Shown: positions 10,326 through 20,022 of the stretch, piece after piece
How positions within the stretch are numbered: the first letter of the stretch is position 1
Layout of the letters: every line of letters begins with the position of its first letter
From: Nitrosopumilus sp.
Lineage (GTDB): Archaea > Thermoproteota > Nitrososphaeria > Nitrososphaerales > Nitrosopumilaceae
DNA length: 64,000 bases
Assembly (NCBI GenBank): GCA_965204345.1
Contig: OZ241981.1
Span: 512,001 to 576,000 of the forward strand
Reading direction: 5' to 3'
The notes under the pieces: generated by a model
Seen by the model: the letters and a program-made list of their open reading frames with translations, nothing else
The model's database searches: none
Told to the model about the DNA's origin: nothing
Program-made: the position numbers and the translations under genes

Positions 10326-12133
10326 CAAGCAGCACATTCACCCTTGCCAGTTTTTGTATGATAGCTAGAATCACTTCCATAGTCCAGGTAAAAGTCAGGA
10401 TCTTCTTCGATGGCAGGTGGAACAATCAGCGGCTCTAGGATCTTTTTAAGATCACCAACGGATCTGATTTGTGAATCCTCATTGCCGCTTACGACTCTGT
10501 GAATCCAAGACTTTAGCGTATCATCGGGCTTTTTATTTTCTTTGAATATTTCAATTATTTTTAGAATTACATTGATTACTCTTTTTGCAGGAACCCTAAG
10601 CAGTATTTGTCCGAGCATGGCATCGCCATCAGAACGGCCGCCAAGAGACATTTGGTAATTGGCATACATGTTTTTGCCAACACGTCCGCCGCCGCCAAAA
10701 AAGCCGATTGTTGCAATCCCATGCTGTCCACAAGAGTTGGGACAGCCGCTTATCTTAATAGAGGAATCGCCAAGATCATCATCCTCATCAAGTTTTAGCT
10801 CTAAGAATTTTCTTTGGATTTCCTTTGCCAGCCTATGGGAGTTAGTCAGTGCCAGATTACAGGAAGTGGTTCCAGAGCATCCAATAGGAGCAGTCATGGT
10901 CAAGGCGCCAGATTTTGCCAGTCCAGCCTCAAGCAGCTTGGAATACAGTCGTGGCAGGTCATCTTCATGAACATAGCGTAAGGCAATATTTTGAGTAAAT
11001 CCAGTTCGGGCCTTTCCTTCAGAAGAAAAGTTGCGGATAATATCAGCCAGCGCATATAGCTGACTAGAAGTAATATCACCTGCCTCAAGTGTCAAAAACA
11101 CAGAACGGTAGTCAGGCTGTGTTTGGCGCACAGTGTTTGTTTTTAGCCACCTAGCATATCCGTCAGGAATTGTAGCATCGCCACTCTCATCAGATATTCT
11201 GATTGCTCTTTTGATTTGAGTCGGGGTATGATCAACTTCCAGCTGTGTGATTACTGATTGGGTGGCTCTAACTATAGCCCTTTCTTTAAGAACAAGGTTT
11301 TGGAACTTTTCCCAGCCCATTTCATTTACAAGATAGCGCATTCTATTTCTTGCAAGGTTTTTTCTGTCACCTAGCCTATCAAAGATTTTCATAACAGCAA
11401 TGGAAGTGTAAAGCAGATCTTCTTCGGGAGTAAATTCCTCTAGCTGATGCCCAATAAAGGATTTGTTTCCCAAACCGCCGCCTAAGAAAATCCTAAATCC
11501 CCTCTGAGGCGTTCCGTCAATTTCTTTTATTTGTGGAACCAGTCCAACATCCACCATTCTTACCATCCCATGTTTCTCACAACAGGTAAAAGTGAATTTG
11601 AATTTGCGTGGAAGGTTTTGTGCCATTGGGTTTCTTAAAAAGAATCTTGCAGTTGCAAGGGCATAGGGTGTCGCATCAAAGGCCTCATCAGGGCAGACAC
11701 CAGACAAAGGACTGCACATTACATTTCTAACAGTATTGCCACATGCCTCCCTAGAAGTCAGTCCGACCTCAGCTAGTCCCCTAAAAATTTCAGAGACATC
11801 CTCAAGGATTACCCAGTGCAGTTGGATGTTTTCTCGAGTCGAAAAATGTGCACTGCCTATGGAATACTGTTCACTTAGTTGGGATATTTTTTCAATTTGA
11901 TCAGGATAAACTTCCCCTGCAGGTATCTTGATACGCACCATTGCGTAATCGCCAGTCATTCTGGTGCCATATGCACCGTGTTGCAATCTAAAACGCCTAA
12001 AACTGTCTGCGTCATATTTTCCTTGACGGAACAGCTTTACGGTTTTTGCAAAATTATCGGCCTCTTCAATCCTTGACCAATTGATCTTGGGTTTTGCAGG
12101 CTCTAATAGAGATTCCTTAGCATCCACTGTCAA
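10325..12133 (-). CDS. sir: Ferredoxin-dependent sulfite (nitrite) reductase, siroheme/[4Fe-4S]
   Basis: STRENIQLH, NLPRKFK, CSGTTSCNLA...ISGCPNSCG; likely TTG start at 12133. Confidence 0.9.
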   Translation of the reverse strand: MTVDAKESLLEPAKPKINWSRIEEADNFAKTVKLFRQGKYDADSFRRFRLQHGAYGTRMTGDYAMVRIKIPAGEVYPDQIEKISQLSEQYSIGSAHFSTRENIQLHWVILEDVSEIFRGLAEVGLTSREACGNTVRNVMCSPLSGVCPDEAFDATPYALATARFFLRNPMAQNLPRKFKFTFTCCEKHGMVRMVDVGLVPQIKEIDGTPQRGFRIFLGGGLGNKSFIGHQLEEFTPEEDLLYTSIAVMKIFDRLGDRKNLARNRMRYLVNEMGWEKFQNLVLKERAIVRATQSVITQLEVDHTPTQIKRAIRISDESGDATIPDGYARWLKTNTVRQTQPDYRSVFLTLEAGDITSSQLYALADIIRNFSSEGKARTGFTQNIALRYVHEDDLPRLYSKLLEAGLAKSGALTMTAPIGCSGTTSCNLALTNSHRLAKEIQRKFLELKLDEDDDLGDSSIKISGCPNSCGQHGIATIGFFGGGGRVGKNMYANYQMSLGGRSDGDAMLGQILLRVPAKRVINVILKIIEIFKENKKPDDTLKSWIHRVVSGNEDSQIRSVGDLKKILEPLIVPPAIEEDPDFYLDYGSDSSYHTKTGKGECAA

Positions 12134-12316
12134 TACAAAGAAATTCAATCTAATGGAGTTATAAATTTTTGATATCAGGGTATCTGGTTTGAAGGCACAA
12201 GGCAGAGACATTATTTTCCCGTCTTGTACAAATGGAATTTTATAAAATGTTAGTGTTACCTAATTTTCTAAAAAAATTGTGCGAAGGTATTAATGGTTAA
12301 GGAATGAAATATCGGC

Positions 12317-13135
12317 ATGCAAGAGGCAACAGTTGCAGAACAATCCTCAAAAGTCTTTACAGACGTACGTGAAGTAGAAATTACACGTGCAATTGCAAAT
12401 GAATTTCATGACGTATTAATTGACAGGGCAGAATGTGACGTAATCATTATCGGTGCAGGTCCCGCAGGATTAACGGCAAGCAGGGAACTTTCCAACCTAG
12501 GTTTCAAGGTACTAGTCATTGAACAAAACAACTATCTTGGGGGAGGCTACTGGCTTGGGGGATACATGATGAATCCAGTTACAGTAAGAGAACCCGCACA
12601 AAAAATTTGGGATGAGCTTGGAGTGCCATACAAAAAAGTTCAGGACGGTCTATACCTGACACCGGGACCGCACGCAGTTTCAAAGTTAATTGCAGGTGCA
12701 TGTGATGCAGGAGTAAAGTTCCTTCAGCTAACAAAGTTTGATGACCTGGTTCTAAAGAATGGAAGAGTTGCAGGAATTGTGGTAAACTGGATGCCGGTTT
12801 CAGCACTGCCGCGCAACATCACATGCGTTGACCCCGTAGCCTTTGAGGCCAAAATAATCATAGATGCATCAGGACACGATTCTGTTGCAGTAAAAAGACT
12901 GGTAGACAGAGGACTTGCAGAATGGAAAGGCATGGAGCCAATGTTTGTAAATGACGGTGAAGAACACGTGGTTCACAAAACAGGCGAAGTTTATCCGGGA
13001 TTAATTGCAGCAGGAATGTCAGTAACAGAAACGCACGGACTGGCACGAATGGGTCCAACATTTGGGTCAATGTTATTCTCAGGCAAGAGGGCAGCAGAGA
13101 TTGCAGCTGAAAAAATCAAAGAGTTAGAAAGATAA
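12317..13135 (+). CDS. thi4: Thiazole synthase Thi4 (ADT synthase)
   Basis: GAGPAGL, LGGGYWLGG, CVDP, DASGHD, RMGPTFGSMLFSG. Confidence 0.95.
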   Translation: MQEATVAEQSSKVFTDVREVEITRAIANEFHDVLIDRAECDVIIIGAGPAGLTASRELSNLGFKVLVIEQNNYLGGGYWLGGYMMNPVTVREPAQKIWDELGVPYKKVQDGLYLTPGPHAVSKLIAGACDAGVKFLQLTKFDDLVLKNGRVAGIVVNWMPVSALPRNITCVDPVAFEAKIIIDASGHDSVAVKRLVDRGLAEWKGMEPMFVNDGEEHVVHKTGEVYPGLIAAGMSVTETHGLARMGPTFGSMLFSGKRAAEIAAEKIKELER

Positions 13136-13224
13136 ATGAATAGTTTTCTAAAGGGTTAGTTTTTCTTTTATACCTGTTACACGCCTATAGCATAAATGAT
13201 TAAACAAGAGTCAATTGATGAATT

Positions 13225-13830
13225 ATGATACCCAAATACAGAAAGAATCAGAGACATGTTTTTAACAAACAAGTTCAATAAATCAAAATCAACTAGTACT
13301 GTAGATTTTTGCAAAGAGGCGCTAAAATTTTGATAAATTTGTATTTACAAAATTTGATAAAGATTCAACCTAAGAAGTAAGTGAAGATATTAAGAAGCAG
13401 TCAAAATCACTACAGGGGCAAGTAATCACAGAATTGCTTCAAAAATATCTCCACTGAAAGCATGAAGATTCAAAGGCCAGTACTTCAATAGCATATTCCG
13501 AACGAGAGTAGAATATTTTACATATCATCAATTGAAAATAAATCATTATAATTTACGTCGTGGGATTATCCCACCAAAAGATCCTAAAAATATGAGGTGT
13601 ATAGTGACACTTTCAGAAATTCAAAAATTGATTAATTATGACAGACCAAAACGGAAATGTCTCTATACGATACTGTTAGTCTCAGGTATGCTCATAGGAG
13701 AATGTTTAGTATTAAGGAAAAGAAATTTTGGTTTTACTCAAGAAAGAATATACATGCGATTCCTGCAAAATTGACAAAAAGAAACATGCAACGTCAAACA
13801 TGCATTGTGCTTGAAGGGGAATTTTTATAA
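13225..13830 (+). pseudogene. Degraded tyrosine recombinase/integrase
   Basis: LYTILLVSGMLIGECLVLRKRNF matches the SGMRIGE box with catalytic Arg replaced by Leu; frameshifted continuation IPAKLTKRNMQRQT; fragmented N-terminus. Confidence 0.75.
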
Positions 13831-13879
13831 TATTTTGCACAATCATAAATCATAAATGATATTCATGATTTCTTAAAAT

Positions 13880-14428
13880 ATGTTCAACATCCCACCAAAA
13901 GGAATCACTCCCAACAAAGAAGAAATTGAAAAATTAACAGAAAAATTTCCAAATTTACATGAAAATGAATGGTCAAAAACAGGAGAAGCAACAGGTATAT
14001 GGGGACCTAATGCATACAACTGTTATGCTTGGAGTTTGTGTAGAGATGACATTGGGTGGATTGAACAAATTATTGATGCTTTAGGCAATAATAATAAAAT
14101 TTTAGATGTAGAAGATTTTGATAATTTTTATAAAAATAAAGGATATACAGTTTGTGGTAATTCTTTAACAGAATGTAATCCAGAATACGAAAAACGAAAA
14201 ATTGCAATATTTTGTAAGGATGGAAAACCAATGCATGCAGCTAAAGAAGCAGAAGATGAAAATTGGTGGGAAAGTAAGCTGGGATCTAATATACGAATAA
14301 TGCATAAACTCGGACAACTTGAAGGGGAACAATATGGAGAAGTATGCCGATGTTATCACATTATAGATAAGGAGGCAAATTGTAGCCTCAAAAAGGATAC
14401 CAAAAATTTATCAGAGGAAAAGGAGTAA
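13880..14428 (+). CDS. Putative Cys/His papain-like enzyme (DUF7689-like)
   Basis: YNCYAWSL ... KIAIFCKDGKPMHAAKE ... WESKLG..IRIMH..QLEGEQYG motif series. Confidence 0.65.
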   Translation: MFNIPPKGITPNKEEIEKLTEKFPNLHENEWSKTGEATGIWGPNAYNCYAWSLCRDDIGWIEQIIDALGNNNKILDVEDFDNFYKNKGYTVCGNSLTECNPEYEKRKIAIFCKDGKPMHAAKEAEDENWWESKLGSNIRIMHKLGQLEGEQYGEVCRCYHIIDKEANCSLKKDTKNLSEEKE

Positions 14429-14436
14429 GAAGAAGA

Positions 14437-15816
14437 TTGGCAATAGAACAAGATTTCAATGATGCATTTTGCAAATGGAAAGAAGAGTTAGAAAGAGATA
14501 CATTCAATTCTAATTCTACTCAATTTCGCACTTCAGAAAATTTTAAAAAAATTGTAAGTTTGGGAAAAAATACAGTTCCTTTTATTATTGACAAATTAAG
14601 TGAAGGATATTTTTTCTTAAATCATGTAATCCAAGAAATAACAAGAATAGATATCAAAAATCTAAAAGAGATATCGTTTCAAATATTATCAGAGCAAGAT
14701 ATTTCTAAATTGTGGATTGAATGGTGGAATACAAACAAAAAAATTCCTAAAATTTCATCTTCAATTGCACCATGGGTACTACCCAAAGAAGAAATTCCAA
14801 TGTATGTCTATTTGAACAAGTTAACTTCATTATCTAAAATTAAAATTGAATTACCAGAATGCTGTGATGTAATCGAAACAATTAATGTTTTAGAAAAACA
14901 GGAAAAAGAAAAAATCATTGAAATATCTAAAATTGGAGAAACCCCCTACTTTGAAAAAAACTATTTTGGTTTAGTTCTGCAAAGTAATAAAATATTTGAT
15001 GATCTTGCCATAAAGACTCCAATAAAAATAACTTTAGTTGAAACTGATGGCACTGAAGAAGAACATATAGTACATGCAAAAATATTTCGACCTCGTATGG
15101 AGATAAATCAAATACCTACAAAAATTTCAATTATAGAAAATGAAGAAACAGTACTACCAATTCATCTAAAATACCAAGGGTTTGGAGATGTGTCAATAAG
15201 AATAGAAGGTACCATTGGAGGAGATATTGTTACTGAAGGTGGCAGAATGTTAATGGATACGGTATTTTATGGATTAATGAAAGAAGGGATTGTAGATGAA
15301 GAGTATAAAGAGAAGACTGAATCCGGAATAGTTGTCAATAAAGAAAAACTTCTCAACCTGATAGATGAGTTCAAAGATCAATTAAAAGATCCAGCATACA
15401 TTGAGAAATTTGAAAAGGATAAAGAAGTCACTCAAGAATCTGTAGAATGGTTAAAAAGCTTTAACGAGGGAGAACAAGAAAAATTCATGAATGTCTTATA
15501 TGATACTGTAGAAACCTACTTGATCAAAAAAATCACTGATCTGGTCTCAAAAAATGTGTCCAATAAAACTCATCTTGACTCAGGAACAAAAATTTCAACT
15601 ACTATTCAGACTCAAATAACTAACCTACATATGAAAATTTTCTATATAGATCTGAAAGGAAATGTATACGCCCCATTAGAAACAGATGTAAAAATTGTAG
15701 ATAAAAGAAAAAATATTGCACCTATACGTGTTACTATCCCAATTGAAATTGAAAAAGTAGATGAAACAGAAGCTTACAAAAACGTAGAGGAGATGCCTAT
15801 TGGAATCTCTGTTTAG
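14437..15816 (+). CDS. Two-part hypothetical protein: helical N-terminal partner domain fused to a beta-rich/helical domain
   Basis: 459-aa ORF; AGGAG upstream of TTG; N-terminal F..WKEE...NS....NFKKIVSLGKNTVPFIIDKL...W.EWW pattern. Confidence 0.75.
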   Translation: MAIEQDFNDAFCKWKEELERDTFNSNSTQFRTSENFKKIVSLGKNTVPFIIDKLSEGYFFLNHVIQEITRIDIKNLKEISFQILSEQDISKLWIEWWNTNKKIPKISSSIAPWVLPKEEIPMYVYLNKLTSLSKIKIELPECCDVIETINVLEKQEKEKIIEISKIGETPYFEKNYFGLVLQSNKIFDDLAIKTPIKITLVETDGTEEEHIVHAKIFRPRMEINQIPTKISIIENEETVLPIHLKYQGFGDVSIRIEGTIGGDIVTEGGRMLMDTVFYGLMKEGIVDEEYKEKTESGIVVNKEKLLNLIDEFKDQLKDPAYIEKFEKDKEVTQESVEWLKSFNEGEQEKFMNVLYDTVETYLIKKITDLVSKNVSNKTHLDSGTKISTTIQTQITNLHMKIFYIDLKGNVYAPLETDVKIVDKRKNIAPIRVTIPIEIEKVDETEAYKNVEEMPIGISV

Positions 15817-16735
15817 TGTTACTCCTGAAAGCTTTTTTGGTTGGTACGAAAAAATAAAAAAATACTTTGAAGATTTTAAGCCAGAGACACGAACAATTAA
15901 CATTAACTATTCTAAACATACTAGTACAATTGGGTTATTGGTTCAAATTGATTCAGGTTTCAGAAAGAAACACAATAAAATAAAAATTCCAGTTTATAAA
16001 GGATTTTCGATTGCAAGAATGCAAGATGCATCTTTTAGAGAATTAAAATTCCTTTGGAAGATAGAAGGCAATTATTGGATCCTTGATGCCAAAGAGCTTC
16101 CTCCAAGTGATGGATATCTTATTGAATTAGAGGGTCAAATAGAGGAGAAAGCTGTTAATGAACTTGTAAGGATTCAACCAGCAACAAATCGTGATAGTAA
16201 CGATGAAGTTGACAAATACTGGCTAGACTCTAGCATCAAAAACCCATCTTTATTAGAAAAAGTTTGGACACATTTAGAAATCAATGAAGTTGATGTGGGA
16301 GTAAATGTGGATTTTAATAAATTATTTGCATTACAAGTGCCTCTAAAAGTTCAGGACAGAGCTGAAGCTATAAAAAATTATTTACAAGCAGGAAGTACAA
16401 GAACATCAGATAGAAATCTAATATACAAAACACTTCAAGAGTATAGAAGACAAGATAGAAATGTTCCTTTTCACCCAAATGATTTTCTTCGATTAATCAA
16501 AAATTTGACTGCACGTGAAACATTGATGGATTATCTATCTGTGGATAAATCATATACAATAGGAGAAATTGAACAGCCAACAAAATATGAAGGGATAGTT
16601 CCGCAAGATGTTAAAGTACAAACATTAACGGATTTAACATCGAGACAGCCACAGGCATTAGGATATCTTGTTTTTAAAAGACAAAATTATCTCAACAAAC
16701 TGAAAGAAGAATTTGATAAATTAATGAAAAAATAA
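15800..16735 (+). CDS. Hypothetical protein translationally coupled to the upstream gene
   Basis: 311-aa ORF; 17-nt overlap; GAGGAG just upstream of the TTG. Confidence 0.75.
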   Translation: MESLFSVTPESFFGWYEKIKKYFEDFKPETRTININYSKHTSTIGLLVQIDSGFRKKHNKIKIPVYKGFSIARMQDASFRELKFLWKIEGNYWILDAKELPPSDGYLIELEGQIEEKAVNELVRIQPATNRDSNDEVDKYWLDSSIKNPSLLEKVWTHLEINEVDVGVNVDFNKLFALQVPLKVQDRAEAIKNYLQAGSTRTSDRNLIYKTLQEYRRQDRNVPFHPNDFLRLIKNLTARETLMDYLSVDKSYTIGEIEQPTKYEGIVPQDVKVQTLTDLTSRQPQALGYLVFKRQNYLNKLKEEFDKLMKK

Positions 16736-16802
16736 TTGTATTTTTAGTCATATTCTGAATTTTCTTGTTTAATTTTAATTGTAAAATCTGCAGTGAGAGT
16801 AT

Positions 16803-17060
16803 CTAAAACAAAGGCTCTATCTTAAATTTTAAAACCTTTACTGCATGTTTTTCACGTTTAAAACAGTATGCCGTAATTTTATCGTCATTGTAGTTGGTTT
16901 CAAATATATCCACTTGGAGACGACGCCCATATTTTACACATTTTGGTTTTTGAAGAATTATACTAAATTTCACCCATAAATCGTAGATTAATCCAAACTT
17001 AAAAAAAACCAAGTATGAATCACATGTGAAAATACAGCAATTTACTTTATTTCCATCCAT
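16803..17060 (-). CDS. Small hypothetical protein, possible degenerate Zn-ribbon
   Basis: PKCVKYG...YCFKREK resembles two eroded CxxC pairs; start uncertain. Confidence 0.25.
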   Translation of the reverse strand: MDGNKVNCCIFTCDSYLVFFKFGLIYDLWVKFSIILQKPKCVKYGRRLQVDIFETNYNDDKITAYCFKREKHAVKVLKFKIEPLF

Positions 17061-17393
17061 TAATCAATTGATATGATATTTGGCTATTGTTGAAAAACAA
17101 AAGGATCATATGTCATTAAAATCAAAAATTCTTTACGATTTATCGATTTAAAAAATAGAATAAATAAAACAAATTATTTCAGACATGGATGGCATTGTAA
17201 AAAGATTAGATTTGAAAGGTGGCAATTTATAATAGCAGGTAAGCGTCAAATAAAACAAGGAATTACCAGAGTATTACTTAAACACAAATTACACAAAGAA
17301 AAAGAATTATTTGAAAAAGCATATGATAATATAAAACAGCATTATTGATTGTTAAAAAATCAAAAATAAGAAAATCGTGTTTGTATTAAAGAA

Positions 17394-17870
17394 TTATTGA
17401 AATTTTTCGTCCCACTTGCTTTTGTTAATTTCGGCAGTGATTTCTTTAGGAGTTTTTCCTTCTACTTTGACTTCTAATGCAACACATGTTTTCCAATGAT
17501 TGTCTTTGCAGTTGATTTTAATTAACTAGCACCAGATTTCTTTAGTATTTGCAACTTTAACAATTGAATCCATTTTGACATCTTCCGTCCATTCAGTTCT
17601 AGAAGATCCCGTTCCTTTTTGGATTCCTAGTTCTTTCATGATGGGTGCAGCAGTTGAAAGGATTCCTATTTCAATTTCATACTTTTTTGTATCTGAATCA
17701 ACAGCTACTGTAACCGGAACTTTTATTCTCTCAAAGTCTTTTGTCTTTTCATTAATAGAATTGATAATTTCCATGATGTGGACTCCAAATGAACCAAGTA
17801 CTGAACCTAAAGGTAGACTTGCTGATGCTACTCCGTCTATTACAAGTGATGATGTTTTTTGTTCTCCCAT
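17394..17870 (-). pseudogene. rpl11: Decayed copy of ribosomal protein L11 (uL11)
   Basis: MGEQKTSSLV..GVASASLPLGSVLG..GVHIMEIINSINEKTKDF..IKVPVTV; after frameshifts/stop LKSTAKTIIG, TCVALEVKVEGKTPKEITAEIN, KWDEKFQ*. Confidence 0.9.
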
Positions 17871-18319
17871 GTTAATTCAGCCTCTAAATGAAAATTTAAT
17901 ATTTCCTAAGAAAAAAGTTTATGAGCAAATTTTAAACAATTAAAATTGTCAAGAGTACAATAGGAATAATAAAAATAGGATCCTTGAGAAGCAACAGTAT
18001 TTTTTATAATTCACAGCATAATCTAATTCACGAGCATTGCAAAAGCAATTGAAATGTTGCAAAATCTTAGAAACACAGAACCCGAAATTATCAAAATTTT
18101 TAGAAAAGAAGGCAATATCTGGAAAACCATGATCCGGATATCTCAAGGAAAAGCAACTTATTTTGAGGAAATCTTACATGAAATTGAGCCTAAAACATAT
18201 CCATGTATGCATCCTAAGATTTAAAATAATATTTCTGACGGACAATTCTATTGTACGGGTTGTAATCAAAATCTCTAATTTTTTCAATACTATTAAATTC
18301 ATACAAAATAGTAAATATC

Positions 18320-19017
18320 ATGATAGAATTAGACACAGTTATAATTTCTACGGGATTTTCAGGATTAATCGGCTTATGTGTGGCACTTTATGTAAGATAT
18401 TTTACAAAACCAACCCATGAAAAAGTATTTCAAAGTAATAGAAATACAAATCTAGATATTATTTTCAATCAAATGGAACTCTATGGTAGTAATGTTGATT
18501 CTCTTTTTGAGATTTTGACTAGAGATTTTGGAGAATTATCCCATAAAAAAAGAACATAATACCTCTTTCTTTAGAACCTGTTGAGTACAGTAAAGATGGC
18601 AGAAGTACTACTGAAATAACATCTGCAGAAGACTGTGTAAAAAGAAGACAGTTAGAAATCCAATTTGAAGTAACAAAAGATGAATTGAGATACATGTTAA
18701 ATATTATCAAAGAAACACATGAAAACTTTGTAAAAGATTGTAATATTTATCATAACTACATTCATGATTCTTTTCTTCGAGATGTAAAGCAATATCATTG
18801 GAACACAGATTATTATTTTGAAAGAATTCTCTATAACGAACTAAATTCATTATTCTTGAATGAGAGAATAAAATATGCCAAAAAAATTATACAGTATTTA
18901 GAATCAGATAAATCAATAGAACTAACATATTCAATAAATAACTTCATTGAGAGATGGAAGGAGACAATAGAAGAAGACATTAAGATAGAATCAGAAAGCG
19001 TGAAAAATGATGAATAA
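18320..19017 (+). pseudogene. Membrane-anchored hypothetical protein split by a frameshift in an A7 run
   Basis: ORF 18320-18559 (N-terminal TM) joins the frame ending at 19017 if the A7 at 18545-18551 is read as A8. Confidence 0.6.
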
Positions 19018-19179
19018 ATATTGCAAATGTAAGAATGAAAGTGCAATCATTCAAAATTGGCTACGTCTTAGATGTATCAAAATAGCATTATTGGATGAAT
19101 AAATTATGCCTAAATTATCTAATCCTTTAAAAAAAATAGATCGTTAGAAAGATAAACAAACAAAAGATCAATCCCAATA

Positions 19180-19959
19180 TTGCAAATTTCCAAGATCATC
19201 CTGTATGACGAGCCTACAGTTCCAGAAATACAGATTCAGAAAACAGGCAAATTCATTGCAGATACACTTAATGTGGAGACCCAAGTACGGGCAAACTTTT
19301 TTCAATCAAAAAAAGAGGAGAAAATATTTGAAAAGACAGCGGCGGCCAGAGTTTTTGATTTAAAAGGCAAATTTGTAAGGCATGCGCCAACACCAAATGA
19401 AATTTTGATTGAAAAAGAAGATTTAGAGACATCAGAAAAAAACGCCATGATCGTATATGACGGATTTGAGTTGCAAAACATAATTACAGAATTCATCCCA
19501 AAGGAAGAAAACAGATCAGATACATTGCATATCATCCTAACAAACAAGCTAACTGCAACATTTGATCAGGATGATTTTAGATATCATGCAAGATCCCTGA
19601 TTGGCACAAATCCCACAATCATCTCAACAACAGGAATGATTGAGGCTCCTGCAAAGCCAAAACAATACTACTTGGATCTTATGACAGACCAACAGTCCGA
19701 AGAAAAAATAAGAGAGATTGGAGAAAAATACAAGGGACAGTTTTTAGAGTATCATGATTCAAGACTAGATAAGATCACAGAGGGATACGTGCTCCAGTCC
19801 ATAGTATATTATGTTACAGGAGAGGCATTTTGTGAGGATAAAGGATGCAGGCTATTTAATGCGCATTGGCAAAAGGAATTATTTTACACCCAAATAGAGA
19901 ACAGAAAGCTATGCAAAAAACATTCAGAGATCATAAATGAAATTAAAAACAAAGTCTAA
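19180..19959 (+). CDS. Conserved archaeal putative metallopeptidase (DUF6775-like)
   Basis: YDGFELQ, RYHAR, IISTTGMIEAPAKPK, FC...CRLFNAHWQ...LCKKH. Confidence 0.7.
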   Translation: MQISKIILYDEPTVPEIQIQKTGKFIADTLNVETQVRANFFQSKKEEKIFEKTAAARVFDLKGKFVRHAPTPNEILIEKEDLETSEKNAMIVYDGFELQNIITEFIPKEENRSDTLHIILTNKLTATFDQDDFRYHARSLIGTNPTIISTTGMIEAPAKPKQYYLDLMTDQQSEEKIREIGEKYKGQFLEYHDSRLDKITEGYVLQSIVYYVTGEAFCEDKGCRLFNAHWQKELFYTQIENRKLCKKHSEIINEIKNKV

Positions 19960-20022
19960 AGAAAATCCAAAGGGAGGTGGGGGATATTCACTTAAATTAT
20001 TGAGGCAAAGACCAGTAACATA

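Noticed and set aside
12134-12316. TPP riboswitch upstream of thi4
   Set aside because: No CUGAGA-containing TPP aptamer core; the region looks like plain divergent TATA promoters
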